This document shows positions 20,614-29,545 of a stretch of DNA of 64,000 nt, piece by piece. Position 1 is the stretch's first letter. Every line of letters starts with the position of its first letter. The position numbers and the translations under genes are program-made. The DNA is from Alphaproteobacteria bacterium (GTDB lineage: Bacteria > Pseudomonadota > Alphaproteobacteria > Rs-D84). The DNA is taken from contig JAGBSK010000030.1 of NCBI GenBank assembly GCA_017631895.1, forward strand, positions 12,296 through 76,295, given 5' to 3'. The notes under the pieces were generated by a model. It saw only the letters and a program-made list of their open reading frames with translations. It did no database searches and was not told where the DNA came from.

Positions 20614-23042
20614 TCCATTGCCCCTTGTTTTTTCAGGTATTCATTAACAAAGTTATTACCATACATCTTGTACAATTCTTCGGCCAACAATACCGACGAA
20701 CGTCCAGATTCAAACAATCGCAATAAATTGCCTAATCCACCAAGTTCTGTATTCAGAATAACAGATTCCCCATTAACAGGTCGCGACAACAACACCGCGC
20801 GTTTCAGATTTGGATATGCCTTACCTTGGATAAACGCCATTTCCAGCGGATTCAGATTCCAATGCGCATAATCGGACGCATCGGCGGCAGGATTTCTGAA
20901 AAACATAACAGTCTGTGCCTGACCACGCACCACGTCCCCTACACCCAGTTTATCTAAAACATTAGCACGCTGGAACGCCACCATATAGGCCTGACGATTT
21001 TTACGTCCTTCTTGCAAACCTGTGATAAAGTTATCACGGAACATTTTGTTTTCCAGCATTGGCGCCGTTTCGTCAATCATAATCAGCGATGGATTACCAC
21101 CCGACACAGTAATATTATTAATTCTGTGCAGAATATAAGAAATCACCGCAGGCGACAAAACCTCGTCCTGCAAAATATCTGTAAAATCAAAAGTTGTCAG
21201 ACGCGAATGCAAATCAAGCGTATCAGACGCCTCGTTAAACATATCTCCATACTGCAATGGGTCCACCCATTTTTTAAGCGCACTTCGCATATTCCCATTG
21301 GACGAGAAACAACTCTCCCACAGATTTTTCAACATTCTGTCTTTGTCGGACAAATAATCAAAGTTCACCGAAACCGCGCGCGCTATTTCATCCGCCGACG
21401 CCGCATCATTTTGCCCTGAAATAATTGCAAACCACCGGCGCAAGAACGCACGATTTGCCGCCGTATCCGGCATTTTCAGCGGGTTCAGATGGGTCAGAAA
21501 ACTCTGTGCCATTGGGTCAGAATTTTTCTCTTTACCCTGCATGGTGATATACTTTCCACCCGCGGCCAACGTAAATATCTCCGCCCCCTTGTTTCTATCG
21601 AAAAAGAATGCTTTTAATTTCGGATGACGCAAACTTTGCGCAATCAGGAACGAGAATAAAGTTGTCTTCCCCCCACCGGTTGGCCCAATTGTCAACGTAT
21701 GTCCCACCGCCGCCGGCTTATCCGACACATGGAATTGGAATTGATAAGGCGTACCCTGTGCGGTTGGGAACACAACCAACGGTCCCGGGCCCCAATCTGA
21801 ATTTTCAACACCGCGTGGTTGGGTTGACATCGGAATAGAAATCGCCGCCGCACGTGATAATAATTTGAAACTGCGTGGGAAAACATTAAATCCTGGAATT
21901 TGTGCAAACCAAGAAACCTTGGCCGCAAATGTTTCAACAACCGGCGAAATACCGAACTGCGCGGCAATTTTTTTGAATTCATCAACTGATTTCTGCAATT
22001 CTTCGCGCGTCGCCCCAAACAATACAAATAATGGATAATAATCAACCAAACTTTGATTACCGGACAAATTTTCATCCATGGCGTTTTGCGCCTCGGAAAT
22101 TTGAGTTTCTGTTGAATCGCGTTTTTCATCATCTGCGGTCGAACGCTTTCTGCGAATAGTATTTTCAACATCCGCCGCCCCCATAATATGAAAACCATTC
22201 ATGGTAATCATTTCTGTCTGAATTGTTGACACACTATCAAAGAATTCTTCGTCCAGATAATCCGGCGAAATCTTGAACGACAAACACGCAGCAAAGGACT
22301 GTTCCCCACCACTTATATATCTGATAACACCGTCGCGCAAAAATTCGACATCATCAACGGTTGTTAATTTTGCTATATTGTTGTCGGCACGTTTTGGCGC
22401 AGGCTTAGAAATCGGCGACAAAATACGCCCAAAGAATCGCGCCATATTGTCCGGACTATCATTTTTCAACACATGTGGTTTATACGCCGCCAATATAGAT
22501 TCAATATAATTACCATATTGATTTAATTTGGCACGCGCATCCACCCCACCAACGGACAACACAATATAATAATTATTCAAAAATATCTTTAACCCCTGAC
22601 CGCGCCATTTATCATAAATACGTTGCAGGGTCGGCTGGTCAAATTCATAGTTCGTATTTTCATCCGCCGCGTCACGCACCATATAAAACCGCATCACCAC
22701 ATTTGGGTCGCGAATTTGATTAAACAGTTGCGCCCGCAAATCCAAGAATTTTTCTTTTGTTGCATCATCTTGCATACTGGTCTGAACACCCGCCACACGA
22801 TAAACGCGAATTAAACTGCCATCGGTCAATTGCATAGAATTATCACTATAAACCGTCCCGAACGGCAAATAGTTAGAATATTTTGCATAACCAAACTTTG
22901 GGAAAATTTTCCTTGTTAATGCCGGCACATACATCATCAGCACCAAGAACAAACACATCGATGCCAGCACCAAAATCATCAACGTAATTGGGAACCCGCT
23001 GCCCGCAAAGTATTCAAAAAAACCGTTCAAATTTTCAATCAT
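20610..23042 (-). CDS. virB4: Type IV secretion ATPase VirB4/TrbE (N-terminal TM anchor)
   Basis: About 810 aa, Walker A GPTGGGKTT, VirB4-like N-domain (DGSLIRVYRVAGV). Confidence 0.85.
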   Translation of the reverse strand: MIENLNGFFEYFAGSGFPITLMILVLASMCLFLVLMMYVPALTRKIFPKFGYAKYSNYLPFGTVYSDNSMQLTDGSLIRVYRVAGVQTSMQDDATKEKFLDLRAQLFNQIRDPNVVMRFYMVRDAADENTNYEFDQPTLQRIYDKWRGQGLKIFLNNYYIVLSVGGVDARAKLNQYGNYIESILAAYKPHVLKNDSPDNMARFFGRILSPISKPAPKRADNNIAKLTTVDDVEFLRDGVIRYISGGEQSFAACLSFKISPDYLDEEFFDSVSTIQTEMITMNGFHIMGAADVENTIRRKRSTADDEKRDSTETQISEAQNAMDENLSGNQSLVDYYPLFVLFGATREELQKSVDEFKKIAAQFGISPVVETFAAKVSWFAQIPGFNVFPRSFKLLSRAAAISIPMSTQPRGVENSDWGPGPLVVFPTAQGTPYQFQFHVSDKPAAVGHTLTIGPTGGGKTTLFSFLIAQSLRHPKLKAFFFDRNKGAEIFTLAAGGKYITMQGKEKNSDPMAQSFLTHLNPLKMPDTAANRAFLRRWFAIISGQNDAASADEIARAVSVNFDYLSDKDRMLKNLWESCFSSNGNMRSALKKWVDPLQYGDMFNEASDTLDLHSRLTTFDFTDILQDEVLSPAVISYILHRINNITVSGGNPSLIMIDETAPMLENKMFRDNFITGLQEGRKNRQAYMVAFQRANVLDKLGVGDVVRGQAQTVMFFRNPAADASDYAHWNLNPLEMAFIQGKAYPNLKRAVLLSRPVNGESVILNTELGGLGNLLRLFESGRSSVLLAEELYKMYGNNFVNEYLKKQGAMD

Positions 23043-23335
23043 GCTGCCAACTTCCCTGGTATTTTACGTTTTAACAATTGAATTTTTGCTGTGATAATCT
23101 GTCCCAACTGGGGATCTTTTTTTGAATAAATCGCCATAATCGAATGAACTATTATCACCGATACTAAAAAGAACATAGGATTTACCGGATTTGCCCCCCG
23201 GGTTAAAATCAGGGACGCGACGAACAAAACAATCCAAATCAGGAATTGAATAACAAAATTCAACACGGCAAGTGAATAAGGCACATAAAAAATATGCGCC
23301 GGATTTGCCAATGCTTTTAATACCTGCTGTTTCAT
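23039..23335 (-). CDS. virB3: Type IV secretion protein VirB3/TrbD
   Basis: 98 aa, two TM helices, KKDPQLGQI resembling the VirB3 RDPQ region, directly upstream of and overlapping virB4. Confidence 0.7.
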   Translation of the reverse strand: MKQQVLKALANPAHIFYVPYSLAVLNFVIQFLIWIVLFVASLILTRGANPVNPMFFLVSVIIVHSIMAIYSKKDPQLGQIITAKIQLLKRKIPGKLAA

Positions 23336-23348
23336 TCTCTTTCCGTCC

Positions 23349-23552
23349 TGTTGATAATTATAACAATTTCAACAATTTTCAACAAGTACAAAAAGCCCCC
23401 ACCTTAATTTTGTTAAAAGTGTTGAAAACACCCCCTTTTTTCAACTGTTAATTAATTTTTGAATTTTTCAACAATTTTGCAAAAAAGCCGGGAAAACCCG
23501 GGAAATTATTGTTGAAAACTTGTTGATAAAAAACTAAAAGCAATTTTCAACA
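23349..23552. promoter_or_regulatory. Cluster of nine TT(T/A)TCAACA / TGTTGA(A/T)AA 9-mers (DnaA-box-like) in the virB3/rpmJ divergent intergenic region; candidate oriC or regulator-binding array
   Basis: 9-mers at 23349, 23366, 23376, 23420, 23438, 23465, 23510, 23521, 23544, both orientations; AT-rich tract at 23580-23640. Confidence 0.45.
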
Positions 23553-23648
23553 GTTTTAACAGGCCCTACTACTACAACTAAATAAATAATATATTATTTG
23601 ATTTTTCAAAAAATACGTTTATAATTGCCCTGTAAAAAGGATAACGAC

Positions 23649-23783
23649 ATGAAATTTTTAAGTTCATTAAAGGCTTGGAAGAAACGCGGTAATGTTAAAC
23701 AAATCCGCCGTGGAAAGCAAGTTATCTTGATTGACCCTGACAATCCAAAGTTCAAAGCGAAACAGGGTTTCAAGAAGAAATAA
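23649..23783 (+). CDS. rpmJ: 50S ribosomal protein L36, Cys-less type-B paralog (YkgO-like); not in the ORF track
   Basis: 44 aa MKFLSSLKAWKKRGNVKQIRRGKQVILIDPDNPKFKAKQGFKKK resembles E. coli YkgO; RBS AAAAAGGA; own terminator. Confidence 0.65.
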   Translation: MKFLSSLKAWKKRGNVKQIRRGKQVILIDPDNPKFKAKQGFKKK

Positions 23784-23812
23784 AAAATCCGCCAATCGGC
23801 GGTTTTTTTTTA
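23779..23812. terminator. Bidirectional terminator CCGCC-AATC-GGCGG + T9
   Basis: Read directly between rpmJ and the sufD-like gene. Confidence 0.7.
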
Positions 23813-23820
23813 TGGGGGAC

Positions 23821-24489
23821 TTATTCACATAGAAACGCTTCTTTTAATGCTGTGTCGACCTCGGCACCTGATAGCCCTGCCCCACGCAGGTAAAACACTT
23901 GTGCATCGGTTGGTTTATAAATACTTGCGCTGTGATCTGCGCGTGCGGGTTCTGATTTAATACGTTGTCCCGGCATAAAATCGATTTTTGCGCCGTCCTC
24001 TGCCATGGCAACAAACGCGATGTCGGACGCGCACCCCGGACAATCTTTATCAATTATTGCCATACCAGATAATTTAGAATTTGAATTTTTCCCGGCTAAA
24101 ACTTTATTTTTTATCAAAACGGCCGTGTTTTCGTACAAATGTCGCGCCTGACAATCGTAATTTAATTCTGATTCATTGTCTAAAAACACAGTACCCGAAA
24201 TTTTAGAATTTTTACCGGCGTTTTTAATAAAAATGTTCAAAAAAGCCGGCTTTTTTATTTTTATATTTACGCTGATTATCACTTCTTGGTTTTCCGCGCC
24301 AACCAAAACATCCAACCGGTTTTTCCCGGCGATTTCGCCGACATAAATAATATGCACCGGCAAATCGTATTTTGTGTTAATTGGGGCGTTTGGCAGGGTT
24401 GATAAATCGGGACAAAAGACCCCATCACGAAAAACGATGGTTTCCGCAGGAAATGTTTTTATATTGAATTCGTTCCACATGTATGACAT
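23821..24489 (-). CDS. Short SufB/SufD-family Fe-S assembly protein (orphan; contains a copy of the intergenic hairpin element)
   Basis: C-terminal HSASIYK..AQVFYLRGAGLS..ALKEAFL matches the SufBD C-terminal motif; 222 aa versus the usual size of over 400 aa. Confidence 0.45.
   Translation of the reverse strand: MSYMWNEFNIKTFPAETIVFRDGVFCPDLSTLPNAPINTKYDLPVHIIYVGEIAGKNRLDVLVGAENQEVIISVNIKIKKPAFLNIFIKNAGKNSKISGTVFLDNESELNYDCQARHLYENTAVLIKNKVLAGKNSNSKLSGMAIIDKDCPGCASDIAFVAMAEDGAKIDFMPGQRIKSEPARADHSASIYKPTDAQVFYLRGAGLSGAEVDTALKEAFLCE
24214..24256. repeat. Copy A of the palindromic element CCGGC(G)T5-AATAAAAATGTTC-A6GCCGG (inside the sufD-like ORF)
   Basis: 23-nt stretch ATAAAAATGTTCAAAAAAGCCGG identical to 25629-25651. 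Confidence 0.6.
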
Positions 24490-24516
24490 ATTATGCGCAT
24501 TATAAAGGATTTAGTT

Positions 24517-25596
24517 ATGGGATTCAATTGTGGAATTGTGGGATTACCAAATGTTGGTAAATCTACATTGTTTAATGCGCTGACGCAAAGTGCCGCCGCC
24601 GATGCTCAGAATTATCCATTCTGTACAATCGAACCGAACACGGGACGCGTGGTTGTGCCGGATGCAACTTTACATGAATTGGCGCGCGTTGCGGGCTCGC
24701 AAAAGATATTGCCGACACAACTGGAAATTGTTGATATTGCGGGGCTGGTAAAGGGCGCATCTGCGGGCGAAGGGTTGGGAAATAAATTCCTGGGGAATAT
24801 TTTATCAACAGATGCGATTATTCATGTTGTGCGTTGTTTTGAAAACGACGACATTGTACACGTTCATGGCAAGATTGACCCATTGGGCGACATTGAAACT
24901 ATTGAAACAGAATTGATGTTGGCTGACTTGGAAAGCATTGAAAAGCAGATTAAGAACCTTGAAAAAAAGGCGCGTGGTCTGGACAAAGACGCAATTAAGT
25001 TATTGGCTGATGCGAACACGATTAAGTCGAATTTGGAAAAATCAATTCCTGCGCGTCAAGGGGACGTTGATGCGACACCATTTAATTTATTAACAACAAA
25101 ACCTGTTATCTATGTCTGCAATGTGGACGAAGCATCTGCCGCCACAGGCAATGAATATTCAAAAATGGTTGTTGAAAAATTTGGTGCGATTGCGGATGTA
25201 TTGGTTATATCGTCCAAGATTGAAATGGAAATTTCTCAAATTGTTGACCCAGACGAACGCAAGATGTTCTTAGATGACCTGGGATTAACTGAATCTGGTC
25301 TGGATCAGGTTATCAAGACAGGCTATAAAACATTAGGGTTGCAAACTTATTATACTATTGGCCCGAAAGAGGCACATGCCTGGACCATTACTGCTGGTAT
25401 GACTGCGCCCCAGGCGGCGGGTAAAATTCATACTGACTTTGAACGTGGTTTCATCCGTGCCGAAGTTATCAGCCCAGACGATTTCATTTCATTAGGTGGC
25501 GAAGTTGCAGTAAAAGAAGCCGGCAAAATGCGCCTTGTTGGTCGCGATTATGTGATGCAGCCTGGCGACATCTGTCACTTCTTGTTTAATACATAA
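24517..25596 (+). CDS. ychF: Ribosome-binding ATPase YchF
   Basis: MGFNCGIVGLPNVGKSTLFNALT, TGS C-terminal domain. Confidence 0.9.
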   Translation: MGFNCGIVGLPNVGKSTLFNALTQSAAADAQNYPFCTIEPNTGRVVVPDATLHELARVAGSQKILPTQLEIVDIAGLVKGASAGEGLGNKFLGNILSTDAIIHVVRCFENDDIVHVHGKIDPLGDIETIETELMLADLESIEKQIKNLEKKARGLDKDAIKLLADANTIKSNLEKSIPARQGDVDATPFNLLTTKPVIYVCNVDEASAATGNEYSKMVVEKFGAIADVLVISSKIEMEISQIVDPDERKMFLDDLGLTESGLDQVIKTGYKTLGLQTYYTIGPKEAHAWTITAGMTAPQAAGKIHTDFERGFIRAEVISPDDFISLGGEVAVKEAGKMRLVGRDYVMQPGDICHFLFNT

Positions 25597-25615
25597 AAAT
25601 CAACTTGTTAAAAAA

Positions 25616-25658
25616 TCCCCGGCTTTTTTGATAAAAATGTTCAAAAAAGCCGGGAAAT
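25616..25658. repeat. Copy B of the palindromic element (perfect 12-bp stem CCCGGCTTTTTT/AAAAAAGCCGGG, 13-nt loop), bidirectional terminator between ychF and dnaG
   Basis: Read directly. Confidence 0.65.
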
Positions 25659-25678
25659 ATTTATTCCGCCCCTAACCA

Positions 25679-27298
25679 CTAAATAGAAATCAACACTTCT
25701 AATTTTTCTTGATATTTTTCAATTTCCGAATCTATACGCCGGATTTCGTCGCGTGCACTTTCATCACCTGCCAACAGTTGATTTGTTAATTCGCGTTTTT
25801 GGGCGTTTAATTTTTCCAGATATCTTTGCAACTTTAATGACACCAGGTATTTTTCAGCCCCGTTTATATCCATATTCAATTCTGGCGCGTCGCCATCAAA
25901 ATCCACCCCAAGTGTACCCAGAAAATCCAAATACCGTTCCGCCAGTTCCGGATATTTATTCACAATATAAACCAACGTGTTTTTTGTAATCGCGTCAATA
26001 TCGGGCAATTTTATACTAGGTGTTTTTGGCGCACGCCTCCAACTTTGCCAGTTTTGAAATTTGCGCTTATCATATTCTTGCTTATAGTGCTTGCGCAGTT
26101 CCGGGTCGGCAATTTTTTCCAATTGTCCGTCCAAGAATTTTTCCGCCTGGGCGCGTCCCCCCGGCGTTGACACGATAAAGTTTTTATTTGCCAATTCCCA
26201 CAGAAAATCAGTCAGACTCATTGCGTCATCAATAATTTTGCGCATGGCATCCGCACCCGCGGTTTTAAGTATTTCGTCTGGGTCTTTGCCACCACTAACA
26301 AATGCGAAACGCACATCTGATGTATCACGAATGAACGGCAAAACAATATTACATGCGCGTGCAGCGGCCTTTTGCCCTGCCCCATCGCCGTCAAAACAGA
26401 ATGTTATATTTCTATTTGATTTACACAACAGCGCAATATGGTCTTCGGTTAATGCTGTTCCAAGTGGTGCGACCGTTTCGCCAAATCCATTTACCTGCAT
26501 TTTGATTGCGTCGATTTGTCCTTCTACTACAATACTGCGGTTGGCGCGGTGGATTGATTCGCGTGCAAAGTTAAAACCAAAAACGGTCTGACGTTTGTGG
26601 AAAATATCAGTATCAGTTGTGTTTATATACTTTGGTTCTGACCCATCCAGCGAACGCCCCGAAAACGCAACAATCTTGCCGTGCGCATTAAATATAGGGA
26701 ACATTAATTTATCGCGGAAAAAATCATACATTCCGTAATCGCCACGCCGACACAATCCCGATGGGATTAAAAATTTAGATTCAGCAAATTTATTTGCAAT
26801 AATGTTATTTTTTGGCGCGTACCCAATACAATATTTTTTTATTTCTTCATCTGTAAAACCGCGTCTGCGCACATATTCCAACGCATGTGCCGCGTCAGGG
26901 GTAAATAATTTTTCGGCATACGTCTGTGCCGCGCGCGCACATATATCAAACAGCGCATCTTCGCGTTTGACAACATTTGGGTCGCGTGGTTTATAGTCCG
27001 GCATTTTCAGCCCCGCCATATTGGCCAGTTCCGCAATCGCCGCCTTGAAATCCATATTATTGTGCTTCATAGTGAATGAAATAATATCGCCGTGTTCACC
27101 ACACCCAAAACAGTGATAAAATCCCTTTTCTTCATTCACAGAAAAACTGGGGGTTTTTTCATTATGAAACGGACAGCAACCCCAGTAATTTTGCCCCTTG
27201 CGCGTCAAAGGTACCACGCGTCCCACAACATCCACCACAGACAACCGCGCACGCAGTTCATCTGTGAAATTGGAATAGTTGTGTCGTCCTGGCGCCAT
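25679..27298 (-). CDS. dnaG: DNA primase
   Basis: CHC2 zinc finger (CCPFHNEKTPSF...CFGCGEHGD), Toprim domain. Confidence 0.9.
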   Translation of the reverse strand: MAPGRHNYSNFTDELRARLSVVDVVGRVVPLTRKGQNYWGCCPFHNEKTPSFSVNEEKGFYHCFGCGEHGDIISFTMKHNNMDFKAAIAELANMAGLKMPDYKPRDPNVVKREDALFDICARAAQTYAEKLFTPDAAHALEYVRRRGFTDEEIKKYCIGYAPKNNIIANKFAESKFLIPSGLCRRGDYGMYDFFRDKLMFPIFNAHGKIVAFSGRSLDGSEPKYINTTDTDIFHKRQTVFGFNFARESIHRANRSIVVEGQIDAIKMQVNGFGETVAPLGTALTEDHIALLCKSNRNITFCFDGDGAGQKAAARACNIVLPFIRDTSDVRFAFVSGGKDPDEILKTAGADAMRKIIDDAMSLTDFLWELANKNFIVSTPGGRAQAEKFLDGQLEKIADPELRKHYKQEYDKRKFQNWQSWRRAPKTPSIKLPDIDAITKNTLVYIVNKYPELAERYLDFLGTLGVDFDGDAPELNMDINGAEKYLVSLKLQRYLEKLNAQKRELTNQLLAGDESARDEIRRIDSEIEKYQEKLEVLISI

Positions 27299-29541
27299 TA
27301 CTTTTTCTTTGCCTTGTTATTAATCAGTTTTATTGCGGTTTCTAAATCCGGCTGTTCCCGCACCGAAACATTCACCCGATTAGAAGATATATACGCACCA
27401 TACCGCCCAGTTGGGTAATAGTAAATAATTTTTTTGGTTTCTGGGTTTTCACCGATTTTAACCGGTTCTGCCTTTTTGCCGGCATTTGCCAACAATTCGC
27501 GTGCAATTTCCAATGTGATTGTGTCGGCCGTATATTGTTTGGCGGCAACATTTTTTGCCCCATCCGTCACATAGGGTCCAAATTTACCAACACGAAATTC
27601 AATCCCATCCCCCAGTTCAACCGCATCGGATTGCACAACAGGTGCCATATTTTCACTGCTCTTTGCGCTTTGCTCATTGCCCTTTAACTGTTTTGTATAT
27701 TTACAGTCTGGGTATTTTGCGCACCCGATAAACGGTCCAAACTTAGACAATTTAATCCCAAGTTTTGCGCCACATTCTGGACATACATCGCCCGTTTCAT
27801 GGAACAAGTGATAATGCATAAAATCATTTATTTCATCAATAATCTGGGACGTTTTGATTCCACGTGCACCTTCTATCATAGAATCCGTTGGACCCCAGAA
27901 ATTTTTCAGCGCGGTAATTTTGTCCTGTTTGCCATTTGAAACATCGTCCAGGGTGTCTTCTGTTTTTGCGGTAAAGTTCACATCAACCAAATCTGTAAAA
28001 TATTTATTCAGGTATGACGCAATCACCCACCCGCCATTTGTCGGATGGAAACGACGCTGTTTGTCTTGTTCAACATACGCGCGGTCAACAATGGTTGACA
28101 TAATGGTCGCATACGTTGACGGACGTCCAATGCCCAGTTCTTCCAACTTTTTAACAAGCGACGCTTCGGTATATCTTGGTGGTGCCTGGGTAAAGTGTTG
28201 TTCTGGAATAATTTCAGAAATCGCAACATTATCGCCAATATTTAATGGTGGCAGTTTTGCATACTTTTTATCATCATCGTCGTCTTTATCTTCGGTATAG
28301 ACCTTCATAAACCCGTCAAATGTGCGCGTGGTTCCAACCGCATGAAATACCGCCACATGATTATCAGTTTCTATATCTGCGGCAACCGAATCAAATTCGG
28401 CATTTGTCATCTGGCACGCAATTGTACGCTTCCATATCAGGTCGTATAACTTAGCCTCGTCCCCCGATAAATTTTTAGCCGGCGCGTCAAAGTGTGTTGG
28501 ACGAATTGCTTCGTGTGCTTCCTGGGCATTTTTGGACTTGGTTGCATAAATATTAGGCGCGCTTGGTAAAAATTTATCACCATATTCACGCGCAATAAAT
28601 CCGCGAATTTCATTTACTGCGTCCGCATTCAAGTTCGTTGCGTCCGTACGCATATATGTAATCAACCCTTGTTCGTACAGGTGTTGGGCGGCACTCATTG
28701 TGCGTTTGGATGCAAAGTACAATTTACGCGCCGCTTCCTGTTGCAGGGTCGATGTTGTAAATGGTGCGGCGGGTTTGCGTTGTGTTTTTTTGCGTTCTAT
28801 ATTTATGACACTTGCCCCGATTTCAGGGTCGCCAATTTTTGCCAAAATATCATCAACCATAGATTTATTTTCAATGGTCATTTTTTCGATTTTCTGTCCA
28901 TTGAATTTTACTAATCCTGCATTAAAAGATTGCTCTTTGCCCTTTGCGCATTGCGCATTGATTGACCAGTATTCAACCGGCTTAAACGCCTCAATCTCTT
29001 TTTCGCGGTCAACAACCAACTTAACGGCCACAGATTGCACGCGCCCCGCTGATTTGCCCAGATTTCTGCGCCACAGCAACGGCGAAATACCAAACCCAAT
29101 CAGATAATCCAGCGCGCGTCGCACCAGATACGCATCCACCAGATTAGTGTCTATCTCGCGTGGTTCTTCTATTGCTGCGTGTACGGCCTTTTTAGTAATT
29201 TCGTGGAAAGCCACACGATAAACTTTTTTATCTTTTAATAATTTTTTTGCCTTTAAAATATCCAGCAAATGCCATGCGATTGCTTCACCTTCGCGGTCAG
29301 GGTCGCTTGCCAAATAAACTGCATCTGCTTTTTTTAATTCATCAGTAATCAGTTTAATTTGTTTTTCTTTACCTGGCATAATTTGCCATTTCATTTTGAA
29401 ATTATTTTCTGTGTCAACGCTGCCGTTTTCTGGTACTAAATCGCGCACATGTCCAACAGACGCGATAACGCGCCAACCTGCCCCCAGATATTTTTCAATT
29501 GTCTTTGCCTTGGACGGTGATTCCACAATTAATAAATTCAT
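27298..29541 (-). CDS. topA: DNA topoisomerase I (true start MNLLIVESPSKAKT)
   Basis: Toprim N-terminus, active-site region, C-terminal Cys4 zinc ribbons. Confidence 0.9.
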   Translation of the reverse strand: MNLLIVESPSKAKTIEKYLGAGWRVIASVGHVRDLVPENGSVDTENNFKMKWQIMPGKEKQIKLITDELKKADAVYLASDPDREGEAIAWHLLDILKAKKLLKDKKVYRVAFHEITKKAVHAAIEEPREIDTNLVDAYLVRRALDYLIGFGISPLLWRRNLGKSAGRVQSVAVKLVVDREKEIEAFKPVEYWSINAQCAKGKEQSFNAGLVKFNGQKIEKMTIENKSMVDDILAKIGDPEIGASVINIERKKTQRKPAAPFTTSTLQQEAARKLYFASKRTMSAAQHLYEQGLITYMRTDATNLNADAVNEIRGFIAREYGDKFLPSAPNIYATKSKNAQEAHEAIRPTHFDAPAKNLSGDEAKLYDLIWKRTIACQMTNAEFDSVAADIETDNHVAVFHAVGTTRTFDGFMKVYTEDKDDDDDKKYAKLPPLNIGDNVAISEIIPEQHFTQAPPRYTEASLVKKLEELGIGRPSTYATIMSTIVDRAYVEQDKQRRFHPTNGGWVIASYLNKYFTDLVDVNFTAKTEDTLDDVSNGKQDKITALKNFWGPTDSMIEGARGIKTSQIIDEINDFMHYHLFHETGDVCPECGAKLGIKLSKFGPFIGCAKYPDCKYTKQLKGNEQSAKSSENMAPVVQSDAVELGDGIEFRVGKFGPYVTDGAKNVAAKQYTADTITLEIARELLANAGKKAEPVKIGENPETKKIIYYYPTGRYGAYISSNRVNVSVREQPDLETAIKLINNKAKKK

Positions 29542-29545
29542 ACCT

